Source of the DNA: a virus
DNA length: 64,000 nt
Virus record (IMG/VR): IMGVR_UViG_3300021599_000885
Direction: 5' to 3' (one strand)
The notes under the pieces are model-generated. The model did not search any database. It worked only from the letters and a program-made list of their open reading frames with translations, and had not been told where the DNA came from. Positions 19,793 to 30,304 of the stretch are shown piece by piece. A program made the position numbers and the translations under genes. Position 1 is the first letter of the stretch. Each line of letters opens with the position of its first letter.

Positions 19793-22249
19793 TTAGAATG
19801 ATCCACCATCTATGGTGATATTTTCCAGACTTCTTGTAGATCCACTACAGGAGATAACCTGCGACTGACCAGCACAATCATTAACCCACAGAGAGCCAAT
19901 TTCAAAATCTGCATATGTGATACTACCCATAACACTGGTAGTTTCAGTAACTTGTGAAGCAACTACGATTCTTCCAGCACTGTCGTCCCAGAACATAGCA
20001 GCGGTCTTAGCGGAACCGCTGTAGTAATGTAGAACAATACCAACGTCAATGTTTGCGTCGGAAGAAGGAGCAACAAGTGAACCACCGCTGTTGACTAGAC
20101 CAACCTCAATCAGAGAATCTTCAACTTTCAGAGTCTCTGTATTGATGATGGACTGAGTTCCAAGAACGGTGAAGTTTCCGTTAACAGTCAGATCATCAGC
20201 AACCGTAACTGTTCCACCAGTTGAATCGAGTGTTAGACCACCAGATGAGGTAGAAACTGTGTTACCATCAATGGTTACGTTATCAACAGCAGCGGCACCC
20301 GTTACGGTAAGTGTAGTACCATTGAAGGTTAAGTTTCCACTATCCTCAATAGCGCCTGAAGTACCAGCAAGAACAACACGACCTGAAGTTAGATCTGATA
20401 CTGTTGCAGACGAAAGAACTGTTTCAGCACCAGAAACATTTAGACCGCCATTAAAGTCAACAGCACCAGTTACTGTAAGACCAGCACCAACAACAGCATC
20501 TTTTGTAACAGCGATGGAATCTGTGACTGATAAATCGCCAGTTACTGTGAGAGTTGAACCATCAAAGGTTAGGTTTCCACTATCCTGGAGAGCACCTGAA
20601 GTACCAGCAAGGACAACACGACCAGAAGTGAGGTCTGATACTGTTGCTGAGGATAATACAGTTTCTCCACCTGAAATATTAGCACCACCATTACCATCAA
20701 TAGCGCCAGTTACTGTAAGACCAGCACCGATAACAACATCAGTTGCGGAAAGATTTGCGATAGTTGAAACGCCTGTGGAATTTATATTTCCACTTACGTT
20801 ACCTGTTAAGTCTCCCTGTACTCCACCGCTTGCATAGAAATTAGTAGCAGATACCGAGTTATTACTTGCAGTTACACCACTACCAACAGCAAGGACAACT
20901 CCATTTGCCATTGATGTGGTTCCAATAGCAAGAGCATAGTTAAATGCAAATGCATCAGTTTCAAATCCAAGAGTCCCACTCTTGAACCACATTAACTGTT
21001 TATAAGTATCTGGAAGTGTGTTAATACCAGATGCAGCAAATGATACTAATGGAGATCCCTCAGTAGATGCAATTGCCACTCCAGCATGATTAGCGGTATC
21101 CTCATTAGGAGTAATGGAAGTTGTATATCCAAGAATAATATCTTTGTTTTCAATAAAAACATCTTGCCCTCTAAGAGCAACAAAGGTTCCTCCAATTGTT
21201 ACATTTCCACTAACATTAATATCGCCACCAACGTTTAGATTCCTCTGTATTCCTACACCACCATCAATAATTACAGCACCATTATCATAAGATGTCGATT
21301 CGGTAGTTCCCGTGAATGAAACAATTCCAGAAAGTACTGAGTTTCCATGTGATGCAAAACTTTCATCAACTTCAAATATTCCATTTACGAAAAGATCATC
21401 TAAAATATGTAAATTATAAATTGTAGAGAATCCAGCAACATTAATTCCATTATTACCAACTACTATTCCATTAAAAGTGGAAAAACCAGTTACATTTAAG
21501 TTTTCGCTAAGATTTAAACTTCTTGCGTAAATATCTGCCCATCTATTAGATAATGATCCCAGATCATAATATACATCTGTGGTTGGGATAAGATCGGATG
21601 CAAATTCTCCGCCAACAATAACATCATCAGATCCAGAATCACCAAGATTAATTGTTCCGCCACGGAATGTTACTACACCGACAAACTCCGAATATCCACC
21701 AACATGTAGGTTTTGCTTAACCGTTAGGTTTTTAGCAATACCCATACCTCCGTCAAGTTGAACGGAACCAGTATTTTCGTCACCTAAAGTATTATCCGTA
21801 GTGTTGGTTACAGTTGTAATACCAGAGATATCAGTGGATGCTTCAATATTCAGATGACCCTGAATCGTGGTAATACCAGTCAGAGCTGAGTTAGCAGAAC
21901 CAGCACCCCAAGTTAGATTTCCATTTCCATCATTAGTGAGAACGGAACTTACAGCACCTTGAGTTCCTGGGAAAGTATATGTTACAATACCAGCAAGAGA
22001 TGCTGGTGCCGCAAGACTAATATAGTCCGAACCATTTGAACTACCTTCAACAAGGTTAACTGCAGAACCAGTACTTTCAGTTTCTACTCTCCAAAATCTG
22101 GATGAACCTACAAATTTATTAGTTGCTGTTTCTGAAGTTAAACCAACATATAGATCGTATCTATCTGTTGTAAACCCGGGTTCACCTGCCCTCAATCCTG
22201 GGAGATTATTAAATAGACCCCTCTTAAACTGTAATACAGGAGCAGCCAT
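19793..22249 (-). CDS. Fibre / whisker-like virion protein
   Basis: N-terminal LQFKRG...LRAGEPGFTTD...LYVG fibre-type motif, beta-repeat body and C-terminal IDGGSF. Confidence 0.8.
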   Translation of the reverse strand: MAAPVLQFKRGLFNNLPGLRAGEPGFTTDRYDLYVGLTSETATNKFVGSSRFWRVETESTGSAVNLVEGSSNGSDYISLAAPASLAGIVTYTFPGTQGAVSSVLTNDGNGNLTWGAGSANSALTGITTIQGHLNIEASTDISGITTVTNTTDNTLGDENTGSVQLDGGMGIAKNLTVKQNLHVGGYSEFVGVVTFRGGTINLGDSGSDDVIVGGEFASDLIPTTDVYYDLGSLSNRWADIYARSLNLSENLNVTGFSTFNGIVVGNNGINVAGFSTIYNLHILDDLFVNGIFEVDESFASHGNSVLSGIVSFTGTTESTSYDNGAVIIDGGVGIQRNLNVGGDINVSGNVTIGGTFVALRGQDVFIENKDIILGYTTSITPNEDTANHAGVAIASTEGSPLVSFAASGINTLPDTYKQLMWFKSGTLGFETDAFAFNYALAIGTTSMANGVVLAVGSGVTASNNSVSATNFYASGGVQGDLTGNVSGNINSTGVSTIANLSATDVVIGAGLTVTGAIDGNGGANISGGETVLSSATVSDLTSGRVVLAGTSGALQDSGNLTFDGSTLTVTGDLSVTDSIAVTKDAVVGAGLTVTGAVDFNGGLNVSGAETVLSSATVSDLTSGRVVLAGTSGAIEDSGNLTFNGTTLTVTGAAAVDNVTIDGNTVSTSSGGLTLDSTGGTVTVADDLTVNGNFTVLGTQSIINTETLKVEDSLIEVGLVNSGGSLVAPSSDANIDVGIVLHYYSGSAKTAAMFWDDSAGRIVVASQVTETTSVMGSITYADFEIGSLWVNDCAGQSQVISCSGSTRSLENITIDGGSF
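20280..20740. repeat. ~240-bp (80-aa) tandem duplication in the fibre gene
   Basis: ETVLSSATVSDLTSGRVVLAGTSGA..DSGNLTF.G.TLTVTG occurs twice; DNA near-identical at ~20324-20407 and ~20564-20647. Boundaries approximate. Confidence 0.9.
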
Positions 22250-22292
22250 TTTTTAACTTTACCTTTTTTATCTATTTATTCCAAAAAATTAT

Positions 22293-22529
22293 TCAAAAAT
22301 TTCCATAATCAATTACATCATTAGGTACTGCATCAGCAAGATCCATTACATATGCTGGAGTAACATGTATATACTTATTAGTTGTTGAATCATACATCAA
22401 AATAGAATAATTTGCTTTAGCAGTTATATCAACGTCAGTTAAATCTGCAACAGATGATGTTGCAGATTTGTTGGAAGCAATAACTCTGATTCCTTGTTTT
22501 TGACCGACCCTAACATTGATGTTTGCCAT
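22293..22529 (-). CDS. Small virion-associated hypothetical protein
   Basis: 78 aa with an LTDVD repeat and C-terminal IDYGNF, like the fibre tail motif. Confidence 0.65.
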   Translation of the reverse strand: MANINVRVGQKQGIRVIASNKSATSSVADLTDVDITAKANYSILMYDSTTNKYIHVTPAYVMDLADAVPNDVIDYGNF

Positions 22530-22867
22530 TAGCGAGTAACTCCTTTACTTACCAATACCATTCCCTCAACGACTCTTGTTATATATGAAAAAGAATCTGT
22601 AACAACTACATCATAAACATACCTGCCTTCTTTTAGGTTTGCTGTTTGTGTTGTAGATAAACCAATTCTAATTTGTCCACCAGCACTACTATAAACACTA
22701 GTAGTAAATGTAGTTACACCAGTAGCACCGGGATGTTTTCTCATTTCAGCTTTAACAGTATATCCACTTAAATTGAGTGCAGAATTAGTTCCAGCATCTT
22801 CTAACGTGAAAACTTGACTGAAATCAGTTCCACCATTGATAACAATATTACTAACGTAAACAGACAT
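22529..22867 (-). CDS. Virion structural protein (fibre-attachment-like beta domain)
   Basis: GTDFSQVF...LNLSGYTVKAEMRK...GRYVYDV...RVVEG pattern. Confidence 0.7.
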   Translation of the reverse strand: MSVYVSNIVINGGTDFSQVFTLEDAGTNSALNLSGYTVKAEMRKHPGATGVTTFTTSVYSSAGGQIRIGLSTTQTANLKEGRYVYDVVVTDSFSYITRVVEGMVLVSKGVTR

Positions 22868-22892
22868 CTTATCAAATGGTCTTTACAAGTAT

Positions 22893-23105
22893 TTATGCTA
22901 AACCAGAGATAGCAAAGTTCTTGATAACTTCTTGTTGTTTGAGATAAAGTTTAAAATAAGATTTAGCGAAACTTTTTAACTCATCAACATCCAATTCGTC
23001 AATAAGTCTAGAGAACTTTTCATACTCGAACATTTTATTGATCGACTCTAGTTCAATTTTGTCTGGATCCATTGATAATCTCCATAAGTAGGGATTTGAT
23101 TTCAC
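22893..23105 (-). CDS. Hypothetical protein (likely start MDPDKIEL at 23072)
   Basis: ORF track; packed within the operon. Confidence 0.65.
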   Translation of the reverse strand: MKSNPYLWRLSMDPDKIELESINKMFEYEKFSRLIDELDVDELKSFAKSYFKLYLKQQEVIKNFAISGLA

Positions 23106-23256
23106 TAATATCTGTTTTTATTTGATCAATTTCTTCTCTTTGTTTTCTTCTTTCCGATCTCAATTTAACATACTGCAAATATTCAGTTGTATCAGTATTA
23201 ACAATAGCACCCGAATCTTCACGAAACAGGTGCTTATGACCTTCAACTCTTTTCAT
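23053..23256 (-). CDS. Hypothetical protein
   Basis: LFREDSGAIVNTD followed by a coiled-coil; directly after the VrlC-like gene. Confidence 0.75.
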   Translation of the reverse strand: MKRVEGHKHLFREDSGAIVNTDTTEYLQYVKLRSERRKQREEIDQIKTDISEIKSLLMEIINGSRQN

Positions 23257-23257
23257 C

Positions 23258-26200
23258 TTATGCTAGGGCAATAGTTCTAAGATCCTTGAATCTCGGTGCT
23301 TTTGCTTCATTTGTTCCGTTCATAACAATCTTAATTCTAAATGCATTGAATTGCTCAAGTTCATCAGCACTAAACTGATACTCAAGAAACTCTCCATCAT
23401 TACTTGCGCGTACAAATGCGTCCGCTCTACCACTATTTAATGTAGAATCTATGACAGCATCACCATATCCATCGCCATCAGTATCTTTAAGGTTATCGTA
23501 ACCTGGGAACAATTCATATGCTTGTTCAACTCCATTAGAGTCTGCTCTAAAGAGTTGGTAAAGAACTCTAAAGTCAGCTGAAGAATGGCGATAAGCAGAA
23601 ACAAGAACTTTGAGTGATGTTGCTGGTTGCTTAAGTCTAACTATGCTTGTGGCGTAAATAGCACTATGTGGATCTTCTTGAACTAAATTAACTCTACCAT
23701 CAAAAGCATAGTCGCTGATTGGATTATTCAGTCTATTTCTACCAAATACAATAGATGCTGTAGAAACATTAACAGCAGGAGACAGGTTTGGATCTGCCGT
23801 ATTCATTGTTAGACCAAGTGTAAATGACTTGTTCTTTGGTAATGATGAGAGTCTTGTAGTCTCATTAATTTGGGATGCTACAAGTCTTGTAGTCGTTAAT
23901 TCATTTACATTGTTTAGTTCAATAGTCTCATAACCCTGATCAATGAATGATGCTTCAGAACCTCCAGCACTTGTACCAGAAACTGTTCTAATTTGGGCAG
24001 ACAATGAAGTAGTCTCTCCAGGTGTCAGAACACTGAATTGTGGATCAATTCTATTAAATTGAACATTCTTAGTTGCTGAGGCACCCTTACCACCGATAAT
24101 ATTTTCATCGGTGAAACTCAACTGACTGTCTCCAGAAGTTCTTGATCCGCGATCAATTTGTAAGTGATAAGTATCAAAGTCTCTTTCAGACTTGAGAGCG
24201 GTATCGGTTGGTAGATTATGTTGGGTATTGATTCTAGTTAGAGAAATACCATTCAACTCATAAGCATAGACCTTATCACCAATGGAGTGCTTTCTCGTGA
24301 GTGAACCGTCAACACCTCTAGTTCCAATACCAAGTGTACCAGCACCTCCACTACCTGCGGTAATAGCATTATAGAAGATGATCTCATTATTTACTTTCAA
24401 GTAACCTTGAGAAGTTGAGATACCTTCGAATGTTGCAAATAGTGAGGTATTAGCAACTGAAATAGTAGTATCACTAATTGCAAGTTCAGCGTTAAGAGTT
24501 GTTGGAATAGTGTCTGGTGCTAGATCAGCAAGAACAACTATGTTGTTATCGGCGTGCATTCCATGATTTGGTTGAGTAACTTCAATAACTCTTCCATCAT
24601 AAAGATTACTGATAACAGCAGAGTCACGAATATCTGTGTTAGCATAAGCAACGGCAGTACTTGGATTACTATAGACAACCAAGTCTTGTCCAGCAGTAAA
24701 CTCTTCACCCTGAACATTTGTTAGATATAGTGTATCTTTTCCACTCAGGGTAGCTACAGAAATCTGGGCATTTTTGCCTTTCACAACACTTGAAGTAGTA
24801 ATGCCTAGGATATCTCCAACAACATATCCATTTCCAGCAAGAGTGATTGTTGGCGTTCCAGATACAGATCCAGCAGAGAAAGTAATAGATGCAGTAGCAC
24901 CACTACCATTTCCAGTTATGGAGTAAAGTGGTACATTTGTAAATGTACCATTGCTGTATCCAGCACCAACTCTATTTACAGAAACTGTATTGAGGTTTCC
25001 ACCAACTTGCTCAATATACCCACTGATAGCAGAGGCAGTTGTACTATCACTTACCTTCTTACCGATAGTAAGAATACTATTCATAGAAGTGGTAGTTGTA
25101 ATACCAACCTTCAGTTTTCTTGGTAAAGTCTTAATAGAATTCTCATTAAGTTGTCCAACGTTTGTGTCTCTGGTTCCCAGTGATGGATTATAGAAATAAG
25201 CTACGCCAGGAGTTGTGGTGAAGTTTGCTTTATAAAGTTTGAACTTAAGATCTTCAAACTGGTTAGCAGTCCAGATAGTACCGTTTTGAGACTTGAAGAG
25301 GCTTCCTCCAACATATTGCTTGGTAGCAATGACGCTCTCGGCATCTGGTAGAGTTGAAGTATTAACAGTCTTCTCACCCATTCTAGCAATCCATACTTCA
25401 TACAAATCTGAGTATGGTGAAAGAAGAACAAGAGCATACTCTGTGTCTGCTTCAAGATAAACTGGAGATGGGAACTTAATGTTAGTTGCTACTGAAGCAT
25501 CTCTTGATGTCTGAATCTGAGATGGATCAATAGTAACTCTTGAGTATTCTGTTACAAGATTTTTAGTAGGAATACCAAGTTCAACAGTTCTTAGTTCAAC
25601 AAACAGTTTTTCACTATCATCTTTATTGGCGAAGAATACATCCACACCAGTCATAAATGCACCAGTTTCATCAACGGTGAATGACTGCGCTAGTGGATCA
25701 TATCTTTCAACTTCTGTAATTCTTTCAAAGATATCGATTCTTCCTGTAGTTGTATAATTTGTTTCAGCACTACTAATAAGTGTGCTTCCTGGTAGTTGTG
25801 CTTCATTAGTAGCACTTGAAGTTAGTCTAAAGGTCTTAGTTCCAGTTGTGAATCTTAGTGGAGGTGGTGGTGATGCTAGTGGATTTCTAAAGAACATAGA
25901 ACCATAGATATCACCAAATGTATCTGCTACTAGTCTGATATTAGCAACAGATGCTTGAGCACCGCTAGTTTCTCCGAGAAGAACCATCCCAGTGGTGATA
26001 TAACCATTATACTTACCAAGAACCTCTTCTTGTAACGCTTCAACATCGATGTTTAGAACTGTTGATGATGCTGAGTATGATACTGGGAGTGTAATTGATT
26101 TGTTATATGGATTCAGACTAAAGGTTGATGATGGATTTCCACCAGGACCGGTCTTATGATTTGGTTGAACAACACGGCAAGTAAATAGATTTGTTCCTCC

Positions 26201-29200
26201 ATCATAACCTCTTACGGTTTCACCAACTTGGAATACACCAGAGGTCATACTAATTTCGATAAGTTTTGGAACAATATCGAGACCACTAGTGCTATCAAAG
26301 AAGTGATAATGTCTTGCTAATGGTCTTAATCCAATAGCTCTGAATAGAACATTCCTGGAGCGAATATGTGGATCTGGTGTAGAAGAAGCAAGAACAGTTC
26401 TTGAACCAACAACTCTTGTAGCACCTCCAGAACCACCAACTGTTCTAGTTCCACCATCCCTAACAATTGTTCTAGTCCAACTATCTGTTTTTGGACTTAG
26501 TTCGATGGAACCATTAAATTCAATAACGTTAAATGGGTTTACGTTCTCAACTCTAGTTGCTAAAGGTTGCTCAATCCAAGACTTTTCGGTATATTTAAGA
26601 GTAATCAGATCACCCGTCTTTTGAACATTTGAATCAAGAAGACTTAGATTTTCGCTGAAGTTAGCCGTCTCTAAGTTAATGGATGGATCAAGAGATGGTT
26701 GTGGTGATAGTGAGTGGAAGTCAATAGGAGTGATCAACTCATTATCGGATGTATCAATATCGGCAGTTGTTTGTGCTTTATCTAATCTCTGATTATCTTT
26801 GAAGTCATCTACAAAGAATCCAGACTTGAATCTGTCTAAACCATCAACGTCTCTGATTTGTAAGGTCTTGGTGCTGAGTTCTAGTAGTGAAAGTGAAGTT
26901 ACAGTTTCGAGATTCTCCACTCTATCTTCAATCTTTCCAATGTCTCTCATTGTATATCTTCTATTATCAACAACAGTAACTACTGCATCACTGGTGTTGT
27001 AGAGATATGCTGGTAGAGAAATTGTTCCGATCTCCATAGCATCATCACTGTTTGATGGTGCCTTTGGATTTTCTGCCGATGCACCTTTAATTACAGTGAA
27101 AGCACCTTCTTTGTTTAGAACTACCTTATCAATTCTTGGTAGATAGAAGTCGTATCCAACGAGTGAACTTTCATTTGGAGCAACAACTAACGTTGGATTG
27201 ATTCCAGCAGTTGCGAATGTTCTGCTAGCAAAATCAAATGGAGATGCAGTAGATGAAGTAAACTGAGCAACTCTTGGTCTAAAGTCAAGAGTATCTGTTG
27301 CTCTTCTTCCATCACTCATCAACGGAATGTCTGTCTTATATCTTTCAGCAGTATATGAGTTTACTGTGTAAAGATTTCCAGCATCGTTGGTTGGAATGGA
27401 GTAATGATTGAAGATAATCAACAATCTGTGTGAAGGGATATAGTTGTCCCTACCTCTTACAATCCTAGCATAGTCGTAGAACTGATCCCTTACACCCTTA
27501 TCAAGGGTATACTTGCTAGTAATATCTTGGTAGTTACCTTCATTTACTGCCTGAACGGTTGATATAATGTTTGATTCACCAAAAGTAGCAACTTCGCCAA
27601 CTACAAACTTATTCGAATTCAGATAGACAATCTCAACCTTAGTTGCAGAAGATCTTGTTACAACTTGAGCAATGGCTCCGCTAGTTGATCCAACAACTCT
27701 TTCCCCAAGAATAGAGTTTGCATCCAAAGATAATCCTGAAGGGAATTCAATGGAATCTAGAGTTGGAGCAGACGTATCATATGATTCATATATTGCTAAA
27801 ACTTCTACAACATCTGGGAAGTTTAGAGATATTTCCTTATCTTGAACTCTTGTTCCATAATAAGCACTTTCTGTAAGACCACTAATAGCAGTGGATACAC
27901 CAGAAACACTATTAATAACACTGACCTTTTCGCTTCTAGTGAAGTTTTTTGTCTTGCTTGTGATAGAGTTCTTCTTAACAGTTGTATTAACTGTGACGTT
28001 TCCAGACTGAGAAGGAGTTAATCCTGTAAATGTAATAGTCTGACCATTTGAACCAAGAGTAACTTGGTCGGATGATAGGTCTTCAATAGTTCCATTAGAA
28101 TAGAATACTCCGTATCTTTCCGCATCAAATGTCTCAAAGAAAGCACTGCTAATACCAGTAGATGAAACGTTTATAGTTAAAGATCCAGTAGAACTGGTGG
28201 TTTGTTGTTTGAGTTGACTCGAAACTAAAAGGTTAGATCCGGCAAGACTTACTGAAGCAATGTTCTCTTGTTCGAGTGGAGCAAAAAGACCACCATTATC
28301 TTCTACTAGTGGAGCTCCAAGAGAAAATGTAACATCAGTATTGCTACCTGGTAGAGAACCATTACATACACCACTAACGCTTTCTACGGCAGCAACGGTC
28401 ATACTATTATCATTATTTACACTGACGACTCTATTGAAAGTTTCATCAGCAACACCAGGTATCTGATACCTGATGATAGTATCACTCTTAATTCCAACAA
28501 AGTTCTTTCCTGGACAAGTTACGTTACCACCACTAGTAATTCTGATGGTGTCGGCAATACCAAAGTTCTTAGCAAGTTTTCTTTGAAGAACTGAGTCGGC
28601 AATAAAGTCCAGACTCATATCAGAATCAATAGAATCTGAGTTTTGGTAGATTGATTTAACATCTTCAATACCAAAAGTCTGAATAGTCTTAATCGATCTT
28701 GAAACTTCTTTAGTTTCATTAATCAGAATTTGTTCACCTTCAATAAAGGTTCCAGATGTTTGGATGAGATTAAGAGTGGCGCTACCACCAGGTGCCGTCT
28801 CAACATAACCAGAAGCGCCACTACTTACACCTCTAATATAGGAACTAGCAGGGACCTCTGCAGTGGTTACAGACTGGTTTAGAGTGATCTTTGTGTATGT
28901 TTGAATATCAAACAGATACAGATCCCAGTCAGAAGTATCATCTGAATATGCTGCGTCCGTTAAACTAAACGAATATACTCTTGCCTTACCAATTTCAGTT
29001 CCAGTTGCTGCTGTGCTAGAAGAACCTCTTCTTTGGTTTTGTAACCTAACAATGTTATCATTGTTATTAATACCGAGAATAGGTGTTCCCTGAACATTAT
29101 TAACTCTTATTAGTGTTCCAAATTCAAATGGAACAAGTGCCGATGAAATACTCTTCTTATCTCTTGGCTTTTCTACATCAATATTAGTTGTTGAAATAGT

Positions 29201-30301
29201 CTCAATATCATATCCCTTAACGTAGGCTCTTCCTGGAGATACCTTTACGGTCATCAAATCTTCTGACGGAGTATTTCCCTGATCGGTACTTTGACCTTCA
29301 GTATAGACGCCACCATTAGATAATCCATTATTTAATGATTCATTTACTTCTACACTAAATTCGTCTACAGCATAATCACCAGACTCTTCAAAAGTTCTCT
29401 TAGCAAAGTAATCTCTAATCAGATTATAACTTGACTTGTTTTGTAATTTTTTGATCTGACCATTTTCAATTCTGATCAACTCTACAAAAGTTTTATCGTC
29501 AAAGTCTGTTAGGAGCTTCTTGGATAATGTTAGAGAAATTTTCAGTCTATCGGCACCTGGTGCTGCATAGTTTGAATATCCTTTAGCATTATCATAAAGA
29601 GAAGAATCATCTTTAGCTGTTACAATCTCTTCTAAGATAGTTAGACCAACTCTATAAGATGAATCTGCTCTATATGCATCAAGAACAATTTTATCCTGTG
29701 ATACATCTACAAAAGTTCCTCTAATAAAATAAACACCGTTAGCAATACCAACAGCAGTTCCAACTGATGTAGCATCTTCATCAATCAGAGACGCAACAGT
29801 TTCGCCTGCATTTACTGTGGTGTTACCGTAAGTAAATCCTGTTTCTGTAATCAGGACTTCACCATCAGTGAAAGGAACTACTTCACCAGCATTATCTGCA
29901 TTGAGATATCTTACAAATAATGTGAGATTAGTGATTCCTTCTGATTCGGAAATATCGAGCCACTTATCAACTGTAGCAACAACACCAGAGGTTTGTCCTC
30001 TAAGTTTCTTTCCTACTAAGTTAGTAGCATAGATGTTAACATCAATACCCAAATGATCGGCATTGAGTTTTACCGAGTTGTAATTAGCATCAAAGGTTAC
30101 CCCACCAGGGATAACCATTGAACCTTCCTTGAAGACGTGACTTCCAAACGACTCTATCTGATTTTGTAAGATAGACTGGAGAGTTGTTAGCTCTCTCGCC
30201 TGGATTGGATATCCTGGTTTGAATAAAACCCTATAGAAGTTATCTTCCTTATCAAAATCATCGTAATAAGGGTTTATATTGAGATTCGTTTTCTGTGGCA
30301 T
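23258..30301 (-). CDS. Large baseplate/tail structural protein (VrlC-like)
   Basis: 2347 aa; NPYYDDFD...RVLFKPGYPIQARELTTLQSILQNQ, APGADR, RYTMRDIGKIEDR, DPLAQSF. Confidence 0.88.
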   Translation of the reverse strand: MPQKTNLNINPYYDDFDKEDNFYRVLFKPGYPIQARELTTLQSILQNQIESFGSHVFKEGSMVIPGGVTFDANYNSVKLNADHLGIDVNIYATNLVGKKLRGQTSGVVATVDKWLDISESEGITNLTLFVRYLNADNAGEVVPFTDGEVLITETGFTYGNTTVNAGETVASLIDEDATSVGTAVGIANGVYFIRGTFVDVSQDKIVLDAYRADSSYRVGLTILEEIVTAKDDSSLYDNAKGYSNYAAPGADRLKISLTLSKKLLTDFDDKTFVELIRIENGQIKKLQNKSSYNLIRDYFAKRTFEESGDYAVDEFSVEVNESLNNGLSNGGVYTEGQSTDQGNTPSEDLMTVKVSPGRAYVKGYDIETISTTNIDVEKPRDKKSISSALVPFEFGTLIRVNNVQGTPILGINNNDNIVRLQNQRRGSSSTAATGTEIGKARVYSFSLTDAAYSDDTSDWDLYLFDIQTYTKITLNQSVTTAEVPASSYIRGVSSGASGYVETAPGGSATLNLIQTSGTFIEGEQILINETKEVSRSIKTIQTFGIEDVKSIYQNSDSIDSDMSLDFIADSVLQRKLAKNFGIADTIRITSGGNVTCPGKNFVGIKSDTIIRYQIPGVADETFNRVVSVNNDNSMTVAAVESVSGVCNGSLPGSNTDVTFSLGAPLVEDNGGLFAPLEQENIASVSLAGSNLLVSSQLKQQTTSSTGSLTINVSSTGISSAFFETFDAERYGVFYSNGTIEDLSSDQVTLGSNGQTITFTGLTPSQSGNVTVNTTVKKNSITSKTKNFTRSEKVSVINSVSGVSTAISGLTESAYYGTRVQDKEISLNFPDVVEVLAIYESYDTSAPTLDSIEFPSGLSLDANSILGERVVGSTSGAIAQVVTRSSATKVEIVYLNSNKFVVGEVATFGESNIISTVQAVNEGNYQDITSKYTLDKGVRDQFYDYARIVRGRDNYIPSHRLLIIFNHYSIPTNDAGNLYTVNSYTAERYKTDIPLMSDGRRATDTLDFRPRVAQFTSSTASPFDFASRTFATAGINPTLVVAPNESSLVGYDFYLPRIDKVVLNKEGAFTVIKGASAENPKAPSNSDDAMEIGTISLPAYLYNTSDAVVTVVDNRRYTMRDIGKIEDRVENLETVTSLSLLELSTKTLQIRDVDGLDRFKSGFFVDDFKDNQRLDKAQTTADIDTSDNELITPIDFHSLSPQPSLDPSINLETANFSENLSLLDSNVQKTGDLITLKYTEKSWIEQPLATRVENVNPFNVIEFNGSIELSPKTDSWTRTIVRDGGTRTVGGSGGATRVVGSRTVLASSTPDPHIRSRNVLFRAIGLRPLARHYHFFDSTSGLDIVPKLIEISMTSGVFQVGETVRGYDGGTNLFTCRVVQPNHKTGPGGNPSSTFSLNPYNKSITLPVSYSASSTVLNIDVEALQEEVLGKYNGYITTGMVLLGETSGAQASVANIRLVADTFGDIYGSMFFRNPLASPPPPLRFTTGTKTFRLTSSATNEAQLPGSTLISSAETNYTTTGRIDIFERITEVERYDPLAQSFTVDETGAFMTGVDVFFANKDDSEKLFVELRTVELGIPTKNLVTEYSRVTIDPSQIQTSRDASVATNIKFPSPVYLEADTEYALVLLSPYSDLYEVWIARMGEKTVNTSTLPDAESVIATKQYVGGSLFKSQNGTIWTANQFEDLKFKLYKANFTTTPGVAYFYNPSLGTRDTNVGQLNENSIKTLPRKLKVGITTTTSMNSILTIGKKVSDSTTASAISGYIEQVGGNLNTVSVNRVGAGYSNGTFTNVPLYSITGNGSGATASITFSAGSVSGTPTITLAGNGYVVGDILGITTSSVVKGKNAQISVATLSGKDTLYLTNVQGEEFTAGQDLVVYSNPSTAVAYANTDIRDSAVISNLYDGRVIEVTQPNHGMHADNNIVVLADLAPDTIPTTLNAELAISDTTISVANTSLFATFEGISTSQGYLKVNNEIIFYNAITAGSGGAGTLGIGTRGVDGSLTRKHSIGDKVYAYELNGISLTRINTQHNLPTDTALKSERDFDTYHLQIDRGSRTSGDSQLSFTDENIIGGKGASATKNVQFNRIDPQFSVLTPGETTSLSAQIRTVSGTSAGGSEASFIDQGYETIELNNVNELTTTRLVASQINETTRLSSLPKNKSFTLGLTMNTADPNLSPAVNVSTASIVFGRNRLNNPISDYAFDGRVNLVQEDPHSAIYATSIVRLKQPATSLKVLVSAYRHSSADFRVLYQLFRADSNGVEQAYELFPGYDNLKDTDGDGYGDAVIDSTLNSGRADAFVRASNDGEFLEYQFSADELEQFNAFRIKIVMNGTNEAKAPRFKDLRTIALA

Positions 30302-30304
30302 TTT

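Noticed and set aside
20169-20837. 222-aa plus-strand ORF
   Set aside because: Antisense shadow of the repetitive fibre gene.
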